Assembly (NCBI GenBank): GCA_013239625.1
Contig: MU053513.1
Span: 2,964,927-3,028,926 of the forward strand
From: Lama guanicoe
Taxonomy: Eukaryota
Length of the DNA stretch: 64,000 nt
Direction of reading: 5' to 3'
Position numbers and translations under genes: made by a program. Shown piece by piece: positions 50,715-62,884 of this stretch; the stretch's first letter is position 1; the number at the start of each line of letters is the position of its first letter. The notes under the pieces were generated by a model. That model was not told the DNA's origin. It searched no databases and was given only the letters and a program-made list of their open reading frames with translations.

Positions 50715-51760
50715 TAAATTCATTCATTAGGACCTTTTTGTAACATCTTTTCTGAATAAGACACTATATTAGGTGCTCAGGCAAGACAGTCTCTGCTTAT
50801 CCAGGATCGGACAGGTTTATAAGTAGAGCTGAGGGATAGAGAAAGATTGAGGAAGGAGAGCAAGGGATTGAGGGATGCTCTGGAAAAGGCAAGAGAGGGA
50901 CTGGAGCAAGAGAGAAACTTGTGACTAATCACAACAGTTTAAGAATCATAACAGAAATCAACGTAAGGTGCCATGGGTCTCAAGGAAGACTCTCTCAGGT
51001 TAATTTTGGGTCTGTGAGTGTAAGTTCACAGAGTGGAGAAGCAAGAGAAAGGCCACTACAGGCAGGGGAAAGAGAGTAGACAAAAGTGTGGATGTACAGA
51101 AGACCACAGTTTGCTCAGAGAACACAGAGGAATTCAGAGTCGGTAAGATCAGGCTAGAAAGGGAGGCAAGAATTAATAGGTCTATATAAGCTGCACAGTG
51201 TTGACTTTATTCTCCAGGCTGTGAGAGTTACTGAAGAAGCCAACAAAGGATTGGCAGGATAGGGTTCATGGTTTTGAAAAATAATTTTGGCAGAAATGTA
51301 GACAAATGACTAGGGGAGAAACTGGGTGAGGAGTAGCATTATATTGTAATTTCCAGGAAGGAGTTCATCAAAATCTGAACTAAGACAATGGGGTTGGAAA
51401 GGAAGAAACATAAATAGAATAGAACTGGTGCCACTGGGGTGAGAATAGGAGAATTTGGTAATTAGGGTAGGTGGTTTTGTTATGATCAAAGGAATACAAT
51501 AGACTGATGAGGGCAGAAGATGTGAGAAAGAAGGGAGAAAAGAAGTTCAGCTTTAGATGTGTGAACTTGCACAGCCAAGACTTCTAGGTAGAGATCTGTG
51601 ATTGACAGGTGGAAATTCAGGGTGGAGCCCAGGAGGAAGGTCAAGGCTGTAAATACTGATTTGGAATTTCATCAGATTTGACAACTAATATGTTACTGGT
51701 GACTTCCACTGTTCTCTGAGAGAAGAAATTGTAGAGTGGTTGACTGAAGCCAGAATACAC
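50715..51760 (-). mobile_element. L2 LINE, about 1 kb
   Basis: Starts 'attcattcatt'; 'aaggtgccatggg', 'ttgactttattct', 'agttcagctttagatgtgtga', 'caggaggaaggtcaaggctg...gatttggaatttcatcag' are reverse-complement L2. Confidence 0.85.
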
Positions 51761-52429
51761 AAAGTTGAGCAAATAGAAAGTATCTTCCATTATTATTGAA
51801 TGATTTCTAACCATTTTATATGTGTATTTTCTATTCCTTCCAATGAGTAGAAGCTCCTTAGGGTGGGCATCACGACAGCCCTCCACTGCTCACCTCACAG
51901 CCATGCTGCTGCCACTAAGAAGCATTCTCGCTGAATTGAAGAGTGGTGGAGACAGAACAGTCAGATAAGAAGACCTTTTTCCAGACTAGCCCTTAGAAGT
52001 GTACCTGGAAGCTTCTGAGATCGCAGACAACAGCTCTTTCTCTTTCACCTCTGCAAATGAAATTCAGGTTTCCTCTTGGCTGAAGGCCTCTGCTTATTTT
52101 CCATGGATTAACGCTTCCAAGTGAGCAAGAACTGACTTGCCAAGTAGTCTAATTCACTTGGCTGGTGTGTCTCGCTTAAAACGCCATTAACAAACCAGAC
52201 TAGAGAGTGAGGGATGCCCAATTAAGGCAATTGCTGCAGTGTCCAAATGCCTAGCAGCTGTGCCCTCCTCGCACCACCGACCTGCTATGAAAATAAGACT
52301 TTAACAATTCTTTGACAGCACAGCCAAAACTTTGTCTAGAAGCTATTGAGGAATGACAAGGGCAGGTTGGAAATTATAGACCATCCTCTTTTTTTGTATC
52401 ACTATTTTTAAAATCCCAAAAGAAACTTT

Positions 52430-53497
52430 TGTGAATTAGGCCATGATTCCTCAGCTGTGACACTCAAAGCACAAGCAACAAAAGAAAAAACAGATTAAAT
52501 GAACTCATCAAAATTAAAAATTTGAGCTTCACAGAATACCATCAAGAAAGTGAAAAGACAGTCCATTAAAAAGTGGTAGAAAATATTTGAAAATCATATA
52601 GCTGATAAGCAACTTGAATGCAGAATACATAAAGCACTCTTACTCAACAATAAAAAGACAACTCAATTTTTTAAATGTGCAAAGCATTCAAAAAGGCCTT
52701 CCTCCAAAGAAGATACCAAAATGGCTAATAAACACATGGAAAAAGTACTCAACATTACTGATCACCAGAGACATGCAATTCAAAACAATGAAATACTACT
52801 TACACTCACTAAGATGGCTAAAATCAGAAAGGCGGGCAATAACAAGTGTTGACAGTGACACAGAGAAATTGTATCCCTCATACATTTCTAGTAGGACTGT
52901 AGAACGAGCAGCCACTTCTGAAAACAGTTTGGTGGTGAAACATATGGTTACCACATGATCAGTACTCCCACTCACAGGTATATGTCCACGAAAAAACTGA
53001 AAACATGTTCACACAAAAATCTGCACACAAATATTCATGGCAACATTGCTCAAAGAAGACCAAAAGTGAATGCAACTGATGAACGGATAAAAGGTGGTAA
53101 ATTCACAGAATGGAATACATTGGGCAATAGAATAAAGTATTGACACAAGTTACAATATGAATGAACTCCAAAAATATTATGCTAAGTGGAAGGAGCCAGT
53201 CACAAAAGGCCACATATTGTATGACTCCATTTATAGAAAATGTCCAAAGTAGGTAAATCAGTAGAGACAAAAGTAAATTAGCAGTATCCAGGAGCTGGGA
53301 GAGGAGGATACAGGAAGTGACTCTAACAAGCACTTGTTTGCTGGGGAGGGATGGGGGAGCAGTCGAAGAAATGAAGAACTTAGGTGGTGGAGATGGTTGA
53401 ACAACTCTCCGAGTACACTAAAATCACTAGACTGTATAATTTAAAAGGATCAATTTCATGGTAAGTGAATTATATCTCAGTAAAGTTATTTTAAAAA
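52430..53497 (+). mobile_element. L1 (L1MB7/8-like): ORF2 C-terminus remnant and 3'UTR
   Basis: 'aaagcacaagcaacaaaagaaaaaa', 'catcaagaaagtgaaaagaca'; frame 52614-52958 gives L1 ORF2p-like 'KKYSTLLITRDMQFKTMKYYL'; 3' end 'gtgaattatatctcagtaaag'. Confidence 0.93.
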
Positions 53498-53511
53498 GGA
53501 AGAAAGACATT

Positions 53512-53900
53512 AATGGAATCTAAAAAAAAAAAAAGATGACACAAATGAACTTATTTACAAAACAGAAACAGACTCAGACAGAAAACAAACTTATGGTTAT
53601 GGGGGAAAGGGATAAATTGGGAGTTTGAAATTTGTAATTAACTACTATAAAACTATAGTACTATAAAATACTACTATAAAACTATAGTACTATAAAATAG
53701 ACAAACAATAAGTTTCTTCTGTATATAACAAGGAACTATATTCAATATCTTATAGTAATCTATAATGAAAAAGAACATGAAAACAAATACATGTATGTGT
53801 ATGTATGACTAAAACATGCTGTACACCAGAAATTGATGCAACATTGTAAACTGAATACACCCCAATAAACAAATAAATAAATAAATACAAATGAAAGCAT
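53512..53900 (+). mobile_element. Lineage-specific L1 3' end (camelid-type) with 19-bp TSD
   Basis: 'acaaatgaacttatttacaaaacagaaacagactca', 'ggaactatattcaatatctt', 'tgctgtacaccagaaattga'; flanks 53493-53511 and 53901-53919 match 17/19. Confidence 0.92.
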
Positions 53901-54159
53901 AAAAATGAAGAAAGAAATTTCTGAATATGTACATCTCTCAGGGCAACCTCCTCAAAAAAGAACATAAAACTGTTTCTGTCCAGGCAGTAAGGTGAGAATG
54001 CTAGCCTTAAGAGTGTCTCGAGAGGTATGTTAACACAAAATAAATCAGTGCTTTGAGAAGAAATGTATTAGTGACTTCTGGTTTCTGAGTGGCCACTAAT
54101 GTAACAGTTCCTCAGTCTTCTTAATGCATCATCTTCTTTCCATCTTTATCGTTGTGATC

Positions 54160-54292
54160 AAAGGAGGAGAAGAGAAGAGAGAGGGGAAATGATGGAACAG
54201 AAGTGAAAGAAGAAAAGAGAGGAGGAGGAGCAAATGTATGGGGGAGGGAGGAGAAGGAGAGATGAGGGGAGAGGACCAGAGAAGAGAGGAAA
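54160..54292. repeat. Polypurine (GA-rich) tract
   Basis: Directly visible. Confidence 0.9.
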
Positions 54293-54999
54293 CAAGTATT
54301 TGGTTCCAAGGGAGCAGAACTGGAAAGTACACGCTTCATGTAGACAGTCTAAGTTATGGATCTTTGACCCAAAACAAGAAAAAATAAAACATTTCTGGGC
54401 TTACAGTAATAGCCATTTAGTCCCCCCCACCTTCCTTTAAAAATTAAGAGGCAGTGATTTCATTAAGAAAAGCATGAGCTAAGCAACGGGCTTTAATAGG
54501 GATTGCTAGACTTGAAACCCATCTCCCTAATTCCAAAGAAGCTAATTGCTCTGTTTCCTTCAATTAGATCCAGAGAAAGGTTAGCTGTTGTAACTTTATA
54601 CTTAGGAAGATGGTGACATTAAAAAAAGCTGTAAAGAAGAACAAAAACAGTCTCAGCTTTGATATTGCAAATAGATTTTAGAAGGGTTTTTAAAAGAGGA
54701 AACAAAAGAATGTTTTCCTTAATGAGAAAATTCAAAGCCAGTCGCTGATGAGCGTGCAAGCTGCTTTTGGATGAAAGGAAAAGGTGGGAGAATAGCAGCT
54801 GTGACCATTTGTTGAACAACTTCTGCACACCAAGACTGTACATATAAGATCTTTAACCCCAGCATCGGCCCAGCAAGATAAGGACCATCACCTCCATTTA
54901 GAGAAGTCTTGCTTCCCAATTCCCACTTCCCAGGCGCCATATTCAGAGGTACTGGAGGATATCTGAGTCTACCAAGTAATAATACTTTAATGTTTAGAG

Positions 55000-55311
55000 C
55001 AGCACTGTACAATAGAAATGTAATGTGAGTCATATATGCAGTCTTAAATGTTTTAGTAACCACATTAAAAAAAGGGAATTCATTTCAATAATGTATTTTA
55101 TTTAACTCAGTATATCTGAAATATTATCACTTCTCCATGCAATCAACATTAAAAATTTTCGAGCCATTTGACCCTCTTTTTTAAAATTTTTGTACCAAGC
55201 CTGTGAAGTTCAGTGTATAATTTACACATGTAAAGTATCTCAATTCAGACTAGCCACATTTCAAGTATTCAGTATCAACATATGGCTGGGCTATTGTTTT
55301 GGACAGTAAAG
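55000..55311. mobile_element. MER33 (hAT-Charlie MITE), near full length
   Basis: 'cagcactgtacaatagaaatgtaatgtgag...tctcaattcagactagccacatttcaagt...ttggacag'. Confidence 0.88.
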
Positions 55312-55724
55312 CTCTATAGGAGTCTACAAATTTAAAATTATGATATGCATTACTCTAATTAACATTCACAATAACTCTCTGACACATTTTGCAGGTAAAT
55401 AACCTGAGGTCCAAGGAGTTAAATGGTCTACGAAGTCGCATAGACTATCACCACTTTTTTCCAACAAGAAGGAGAAGCGTTGAATAAGTAAATAAAAAGA
55501 TCACATAGCTGTTAGGGGCAAACCAAGTCTCAAACCCAATTCCGTTTTTAGGTTCAGTGCTCTTTCAAAAGTGCTTTACAGTTTGGCATTCTCCAGGTTT
55601 CTCACTTAAACTTGGAGATTGAGGGGAAAAAAAAAAAGTTTTAAGGTAGGCTAAACCGCCAGAATAAAAAGACCCAAAACTAAATTGCTCAAAGACAAAA
55701 GTTTATTTCCAAATGTTTCAGTTC

Positions 55725-55751
55725 TGTGTGTGTGTGTGTGTGTGTGTGTGT
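55725..55751. repeat. (TG)n microsatellite
   Basis: Directly visible. Confidence 0.97.
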
Positions 55752-55754
55752 TAG

Positions 55755-56070
55755 CAGTGCTGGTGGAGGGCTTACTCTGATCAATAGTTATTCAGGGACT
55801 CAGGCTAAGGGCAACTTAGCTGACTGGCTTCCAAGGTCACTCGGGACGCCCCACCCCAGTTGTCTGGAAGGGAGAGAAAAGCACAGAGGAGACCTGTCTG
55901 AAGTTACTGGCCAACCCTGGAGGTGGCACACATCACCTGCACTCATATTCCACTGGTGAACACTTTGTCATGCGATCACACATAAGTATAAAGAAGGCTG
56001 GGAAATGGAGAGATGGTCAAACTGAAGAAGAACAGGAGAATGGATCTGGATGGTCAGGCAGCAGTTAGTG
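55755..56070. mobile_element. MaLR LTR fragment (MLT1K/L-like)
   Basis: 'attcagggactcaggct', 'tggcttccaaggtc', 'cctggaggtggcacacatcac...catattccactgg', 'aggctgggaaatg'. Confidence 0.75.
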
Positions 56071-56184
56071 CTCAACAAAGCTAACCAGATGTAATTCTGC
56101 AAGGAACTGGGAAAGAATCCTAGCAAAGAGTAAGGCGAGTTAGGAGCTATATACAGACCTGAAAGAGGGGGGAAGGCTGGCATT

Positions 56185-56650
56185 TTAAAGCACCTTTTAT
56201 GTAAAACATCATGCTAAGTATTTTATGTTGGTCTTCCCAATTAATCCACACAAAAATCAATTAAGTGGGTATTATTTCTCAATTTTCCAAAGTAAAAACT
56301 GAAACTAATCAAGGTTAAATAAGTTGTCCAGGAACAAACAGATAGTAATTGTTGGAAAGCATGCTCTCACAACCTCAAGTTCTTTCTAGTATACCACACC
56401 ACTACTAAAATAACTAGCAGTGACAGAAAATTACAAACAACATAGTTACCATTTACGGAATGCCTGGATTACAAGGCACTATGCAACGTATTATCTAAAG
56501 ACACAAATTTACTTCTCAATTTATATTTAAGGAAACTAAGATCGACAGAGGATAAGTAACTTTCCCAAGGTCAGTAGCTAAGCAAGTAACATAGTTTATA
56601 GATTAGAACCCACCTGTGACTTCAAAGTGTATATACTTTTCCCCCAGAAT
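56185..56650 (-). mobile_element. Two tandem MIR fragments
   Basis: 'aaactgaaactaatcaaggttaaataagttgtccagg' and 'ggaaactaagatcgacagaggataagtaactttcccaaggtca'. Confidence 0.8.
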
Positions 56651-57379
56651 CCACTTATCAATGGACATCTTAATAGGGAAAGGCAGAAATGAGACAAAGG
56701 ATAAAAATTTGCACCTGAGAGGTGGAAATAAAGAGTAGGGAGATTAAAATAAAAAAAAAAAAGACAAGAATCCAGAAGAAAAAGATTAAGGTGCTGATAG
56801 AAGAAACTTCTATTAGCACACAGCCTTCTTTGCATTTCATCTCAGCCCTGCACTGGATTTCATAACAAGGTACGACTGGAAGATGATTCCTTTTAGAATT
56901 CAAGGCTCCTGTCTCCACATCCTCCCCTCCTCCTCCATGGAAGAGTCATATTACTGACAGGTCAAGTTCAAGGATGCTAATTTGGACCACATATTTGGAA
57001 ACTGGGAAATTAGAAAGAAAAGCATCATTGAGGCAAAATGCCCTTCTATGTATTCTCTCCATGTGACCAGGGTGACAGTAAGACTGAATCATCTCCTTCA
57101 GATTCTTCCTTCTATTGGGCCAACCTGAGAACGTCAGGAAACAGCTGGGGGCCCAGGACAGCCCTGCCAACACTCTTGAGGTTGAATCTCCTTGCTTCTG
57201 TGCTTATGTCTTGTTTACTGGGCCTTATATTTTTTTAAACAGTAAAAATCCAAAATATTGGAGCAGGCTGAGTAGAAAGATAAGACTGGTTATCTAACTC
57301 CCCCAGGCTAAGAAAGACTTTAAATGCTTTGATCAAAAGTCTGGACCAAAAACAAATTCCTAGACATGTCGGTATGTGT

Positions 57380-57750
57380 ACAATCCAGCTCTTGTGCACA
57401 TGCTTTTTCCTGCCCTTAGCAAGCATTCCATCACATATCTATTTCAATTCTTCCACCTGAAAAAATCCTATGCACCCTTCATAGCTGAGATCCAATGTCA
57501 TCACTTTAATGAAATCCTCTCCCCTATCCTCTGTATAGTTGGTTTCTTCCCCCTCTGAGCTCCAGAGATCTTTGTTTATTGTCTGCAGAGGCAATGGTAT
57601 CGCGTTACAGTGAGCTCAGGCTGCATCACCCATCTCCTTAGCTAAATTGTTGAGCTCCTGGATACAGAAAGTCTCTGTATATCCAATGCCCAGCATTGGG
57701 CTTGGCATAAGACAGGTCTTCAACAACCTTCTGTGGATGAACCAAGAAAC
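57380..57750 (+). mobile_element. L2 3' region
   Basis: 'cttgtgcacatgct...aatcctatgcacccttca...tgagctcctgga...ccaatgcccagcattgggcttggcata'. Confidence 0.8.
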
Positions 57751-59274
57751 AAAGGCTTCCAAGTGCCCCAAAATGGCCTACTTGGTCTTTGGTGTTTCAA
57801 GAGGCTCAGCTTCTCCTGGCTGAAGGATGACTCGTGCTGTGAGCATCCTCTAGTGCATTTTTCACTCACCATAATGGCCTCCTCTTATCATGCATTTTAT
57901 TGATCTGTCTGAACACTGAAATTTATTATTTATTAGATTTCTGTAATAGCTTTGCTCCAAAGAGCTCAGCGTGATATTAGAGAATTCCAAGGCAAAAGCA
58001 AGGAAGACCAGAACAATGACAGCACAGTGTGGGAAAAGGAGAGGAAGGGTAGACGCTGCAGGCTAAGCAGGAATGTCAAGAGAAGGGCATTCCCTTCAGA
58101 AGAGTGGAAGCCAGGCTCCTGTGGGTCCCAGGCCAGTCCTGGTCTTAGCCTAGCCTCCATCCATCTCCATGTTTGTTTGACAGTCTGGCAGGAAAAACAG
58201 TATGGGAAAGCACTTTGAAAGTTAAAAGCATTCTACAAATGCAAAGTAATATTATTCCATTATCATTAATCAATATCAATGTAATTCATCCATGAACAGG
58301 AAGTGTTTCATATTCAGACAAGTGAGGACGAAAGTTTGGAGTATCTATCTTCTTCTACTAGACTACACACTCTTCTGAAGCAAGGACCATGTCATATTCA
58401 TTTTTCCACATGGCACCAAACCCAGCACTGTCATATCCATTTTGTCAGGAGTCCTGGTGAGTGAACAGGTGTTAAATGCCCTCTAAATAACTTCCTTTCA
58501 TTCTACTCTAAAGATCCATGGGAGATGGCCTTCAGAGAAGAAAACTGGCTTTCCTTCCTCTACTCATATTGATTACCTGATAGATTCTAAGCCTACATAT
58601 CCATTTAACATCTACCGTAGTTCTGGAAAATCAGGCATGGGTTGATGTAAATAAGCATATCTCAAATCTTTCAGCTTTGTTGACTGGCCCCTTCAGTGAG
58701 CCTAAACGTGCAGCTGAAGTGGGTCCCCACCTCCCCCAACTTACTGAAAATAAGTATAAGAATGCTTGAAATGATTCATGGACTCCATGTGCCCCTCTGC
58801 ACTCCTCCCCCAGATACCATCAATCCGACTCTTCCTCACTGTGCTCTGGCCCCACTGCACTCAGCACAGCGAGCTTCAAGCCAGGCCAATGGCCCACCCC
58901 TCCAGCACACTCAGGAATTCAACCATACACTCTCTGAAGGCAGGAAACAGGTTTTATTGGTCTAGTGATTCCTAACATGGTATAGGGGACTCTGTTCACT
59001 GAATGTCAACTAAATCAGAAACCACCACTATTTTAAAGAAATTATTGACAAGATCAAAATGACTATTTTATGTCTGTTTAATTAATAGTTTTCATGCAAA
59101 AGCTGACCTTTCAATCAAGAAAACTGTGGCAGAACATTGATTATGCAAACTTAATACATTATATGAAAAGTTGTATTTACATACAAAGTAGAAGTTATAA
59201 ATTTTTGAAATATTCTTCCATTATTCAAAGTACTGTACAATCAGTGTTGAGATTACAGTCTCATTTACAATCAT

Positions 59275-59465
59275 AAGCTGGGAGGGTTTCAGCCACATCA
59301 AAATTACTTCACCTCTCTAAGCTTAGGTTTATCTATTTGTAAACTGGGGGTGCTGGAGATAAAAAATGCACTTTGAAGGTGTCTATGAGGATTAGAAGAT
59401 AGTATAACAATATAATCCCTGACACACACTAGGGCCTCATATAGTAACAATAATTATTTATAGTT
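59275..59465 (+). mobile_element. MIR SINE
   Basis: 'ttacttcacctctctaagcttaggtttatctatttgtaaactgggg...atgaggatta'. Confidence 0.8.
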
Positions 59466-59564
59466 ACTCTTTCATATGTGTCCTCACTGGTAACAATTAG
59501 AGCGAACCCCGACTCCGCACTTTATAGGCTACTTATTTAATCCACACAACACCCTATGAGGTGG

Positions 59565-59971
59565 TGTTATGGGTTAAACTGTGTCCCTCTCAAAATGCAT
59601 ATGTTAAAATTCTCAACCCCAGTACCAAAGAATGTGACCTTATTTGGAAATAGGGTCACTGGAGATGTATTAAAGATGGGGTCAAATTGGAGTAGGATGG
59701 GCCCCTAACCCAATATGATTGGTGTCCTTATTAAAAGGGGAGTTTTGGAAACACATAAACATGCAAATAGGGATAACACCATGTGAAAATAAAGGCAGAA
59801 ATCAGAAATGCCAAAGATTGCCACCAAGCCACCAAAAGACGTCAGAAGGAACCACCCTACCAATATCTTGACCTAGGACTTCAAGCCTCCAGAACTGTCA
59901 CACAATAAATTTGTTCTTTAGTCCACCCAGTTTGAGGTATACTGTTACAGCAGCCCCTGAAAATTAATACA
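59565..59971 (+). mobile_element. MLT1C-like solo LTR inserted in a minus-strand MIR
   Basis: TG...CA ends ('tgttatgggtt'...'aattaataca'), 'gaatgtgaccttatttggaaatagggtc', 'gcctccagaactgt'; 5-bp TSD ggtgg/cgtgg. Confidence 0.93.
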
Positions 59972-60260
59972 CGTGGGTATTCATATGATCCCCATTTTAA
60001 AGATGGGGTAACTGAATTTATCATTATATCAAGTGGATTTATCATTATATCAAGTGAGAGACACCTATTTATTTATTGTTTTAAGAAAGTAACCCTGGCT
60101 TTCACAGGCAGCCAAGGCAGGTAAGGTACTTATTCACATGTGTGAGTTTGGGCACTGAAAATGTGGGGGGTAACCCTTTTTCTCTTTTGAACAATAGCTC
60201 TGAACAGTTCTTGCCTTTCTCCGGAGAGCCAGAGACCATCGGCTGAGGGACTGACTCTTG

Positions 60261-60274
60261 GCGCCCCCTGCAGC
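60261..60274 (-). promoter_or_regulatory. CTCF-like motif
   Basis: Minus strand GCTGCAGGGGGCGC versus CCASYAGRKGGCRS consensus, with locally retained CpGs. Confidence 0.4.
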
Positions 60275-61184
60275 GCGTGCCCATGTCAGGCCCTGATACC
60301 TCAGGTGTAACCACTGGGATCTCTGGAGAAGCTGCAGCCCACCTTTCCTGCTCTGACCAGAGGTGGGCTGTACTTGACGGGGAAGAGGGCAGAGTGGGTG
60401 TCAGCATCTGACTATGCAAGGAGGCCCTCCAGGGTGCTCTTGTGAAGGAAGCGTTCAAATGTAAATTTGATTGATTTGCTATTATTGCTTATATTCCTCA
60501 TCTTCCATGGGCCCTCTGGGAAGAAAAGAAAGAAATCCATTCATTCCTGATAAACTGATCCTAGAAACCCTGGCTACAAGGCTGAGACTGTCTATTCAAT
60601 TTTTCCAAAGCAACAACCTTTCAAAACGACTACAAAGTGTTTCTCACGGCTGCCTCTGTTAACTATGAAATGTGTTTCGAAGATTGAATGTTCTTGGAAT
60701 TGCTACACAGAGAAACTCAGGTGTGGAGTCTAGTTTATAGAGTAGCAGCAGGAGATTCCAGTAAGAGGGTTAGATGAAGAGATGCAGCCTACAAGGCTTC
60801 AGTCAGAAACAGGCTTCTGCCTTCCTGCTATGATTTACGTGGGTCTGCAAAACACTCGGCTCCAAATTGCTTCTCACTGGCCTGGAAGAGACTCTGAAAT
60901 CCCACTGAGACAGAGCCAGTAACTTTGGGTAATTCCTCCGCATGATATTAAAATGCAAATAGCCCTTCCTCCAACCCAGCAGACAAAATTTTTCCTGGAG
61001 CACTTCCTGGCTAACAGTGAAGCCAAGGGGGTAGGGTCTCAGATCACAGAGTGGGGAACAGCAGTTTAGAGGGTCCAAGGCTAGCACAGAGGAACTGGGG
61101 AGGAAGGGAAGCAGAAAAGTACCCAGAGAAAGATGGAAGGTCAGAGAGCTGTTTCCCCAGCCTGAGAGCAAGCCGCAGGGAAGC

Positions 61185-61345
61185 AGTGCGGGGCAGTGAA
61201 TGAAAGCACATGCTCTGGCACCTCACACACCTGGGTGTGAGTCAGAGCTCCCCCAACTAATCATTTTGTGTTCCTGGGCAAACTATTTAACCTCTCAACC
61301 TAAATTGTCACATCTATTTAATGAGAAAAATAATACCAAATGGCA
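61185..61345 (+). mobile_element. MIR SINE
   Basis: 'tgaaagcacatgctctgg...acctgggtgtgagtc...tgggcaaactatttaacctctc'. Confidence 0.8.
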
Positions 61346-61554
61346 GTACTCCTTAGATTTTTTTTAAAAAATGACTAACCTCCAGAGGAGCCTCTTTAGA
61401 CGTATTCTTTAATTGCTCCCCCCATCAGCTTGTTATACCACAGATAGACTGTATATCTGTTTATATGTTGTATGCACATTTGTGCTTTACACATAGATGA
61501 AGTAAGATTATTTGTTCCCAAGAATCATTTTTGCCCTTGGTTGAGATATTGACC

Positions 61555-61865
61555 TACTATGGAGTATTTGTGAAATTCATAAAATTCGTATGTTGACTCT
61601 CTACTTTGAAGGTATTTGGAGGTGGGGCCTTGACAGATAATTAGTGCCTGCGAGTGGAAACTTAACGATGGCATTAGTGTCCTTATAAGAAGAAGCGAGC
61701 TAGTCCTTTCCCTCTGTACTCCCCACCATGTGAGGCTACAAGGAAGAGGGTGCTCACCAGCCACTGGGTCTTGGACTTCTCAGCCCCTAATACTGAGAAA
61801 TAAATGTTTATTGTTTAAAACCACCCAGTCTATGGTAATTTGTTATAGCTGCCCAAGCTAAGACT
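61555..61865 (+). mobile_element. MLT1A-like solo LTR
   Basis: 'aaaattcgtatgttga', 'ggtatttggaggtggggcctt', 'gatggcattagtgtccttataaga', 'ccacccagtctatggtaatttgttatagc'. Confidence 0.9.
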
Positions 61866-62031
61866 CACTGCTATTGATAATGCATGCCCTACAGGGTTGT
61901 TAAAGAGTAAACCATATACTGCAGATGAATTCTTAGCACATTGCTAGCATTCACCCATCAAGCATGGACACTCTCACTTAGAACAGATAAATGCTCTAAA
62001 CAACTGATCATCCATACAACTGCATAACCTG

Positions 62032-62185
62032 TGTGGTAGGTTAAACCATGAGTCACAATTCTTCACTCTCCTGTAGAGGCACTGCACACCCACACTTTGC
62101 CTTGTTCATGGTTGGTGGGTGCCCTTCTGCACACCTCACTTTCAAGTTTACTTATGAGCTTGCTTTGGCCAATGAATGTTAGATT
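62032..62185 (+). mobile_element. MaLR LTR 5' fragment (MLT1I/J-like)
   Basis: 'tgtggtag...caattcttcactctcc...cttgctttggccaatgaatg'. Confidence 0.65.
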
Positions 62186-62269
62186 GCCCTCACTTAAAAC
62201 TTTCAAGTCTTTTTTACAATGTTGCGGTGTATCCACATTTCATACATTCCATACCTATGCAGGAGATTT

Positions 62270-62462
62270 TTTTGGAGTTTAAAAATAGAATTACCATATG
62301 ATCCAGTAATATCATTTCCAGATGTATATCCAAAGGAATTGAAACTAGGATCTTGGAGAGAGATTTGCACACCCATGTTCATATAAGCATTATTCACAAT
62401 AGCCAAAAGGTGCAAGCAACCCAAACGTCAGACATCAAAAAAAATAGTGTGTGAGTGGGTAT

Positions 62463-62494
<32 letters not shown>

Positions 62495-62880
62495 ATACAT
62501 ACAATGGAATATTCTTTGGCCTTAAAAAGGAAAGAAATTCTGACACATGATGCAACATGGATGAAACCTGATAGACATGATAAATGAAATAAGCCGGTCA
62601 TAAAAAGACAAATACTGCATGATTTCACTTATACGAGGTGTCTAGAGTAGTCAAGTTTATAGAAACAGATGAAAGAACGGTAGTTGCCAGGGACTGGTGG
62701 GATGGGGAAATAGGGAATTGTTGTTTAATGTGTACAGAGTTTCAGTTTTGCAAAATGAGAAAATTCTGGAGATTGGTTGTATAGCAATATGAATATACTT
62801 AACACTACTTAATTGTACACTTAAAAACGGTTAAGATGGTAAATTATGTTATGTGTATTTTACCACAATCAAAAAAAAAT
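62270..62880 (+). mobile_element. L1 3' end (L1MB3-like) with internal (TG)n
   Basis: 'aaaatagaattaccatatgatccag', 'gtacagagtttcagttttgca', 'gtacacttaaaaacggttaagatggtaaatt', A-tail. Confidence 0.93.
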
Positions 62881-62884
62881 CTTA

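Noticed and set aside
52614..53333. ORFs with L1 ORF2p similarity as an active element
   Set aside because: Frameshifted, 5'-truncated remnant of an old L1MB
2140..62060. About ten scattered TGAGTCA/TGACTCA (AP-1) sites
   Set aside because: Roughly 8 are expected by chance in 64 kb, so there is no clear enrichment
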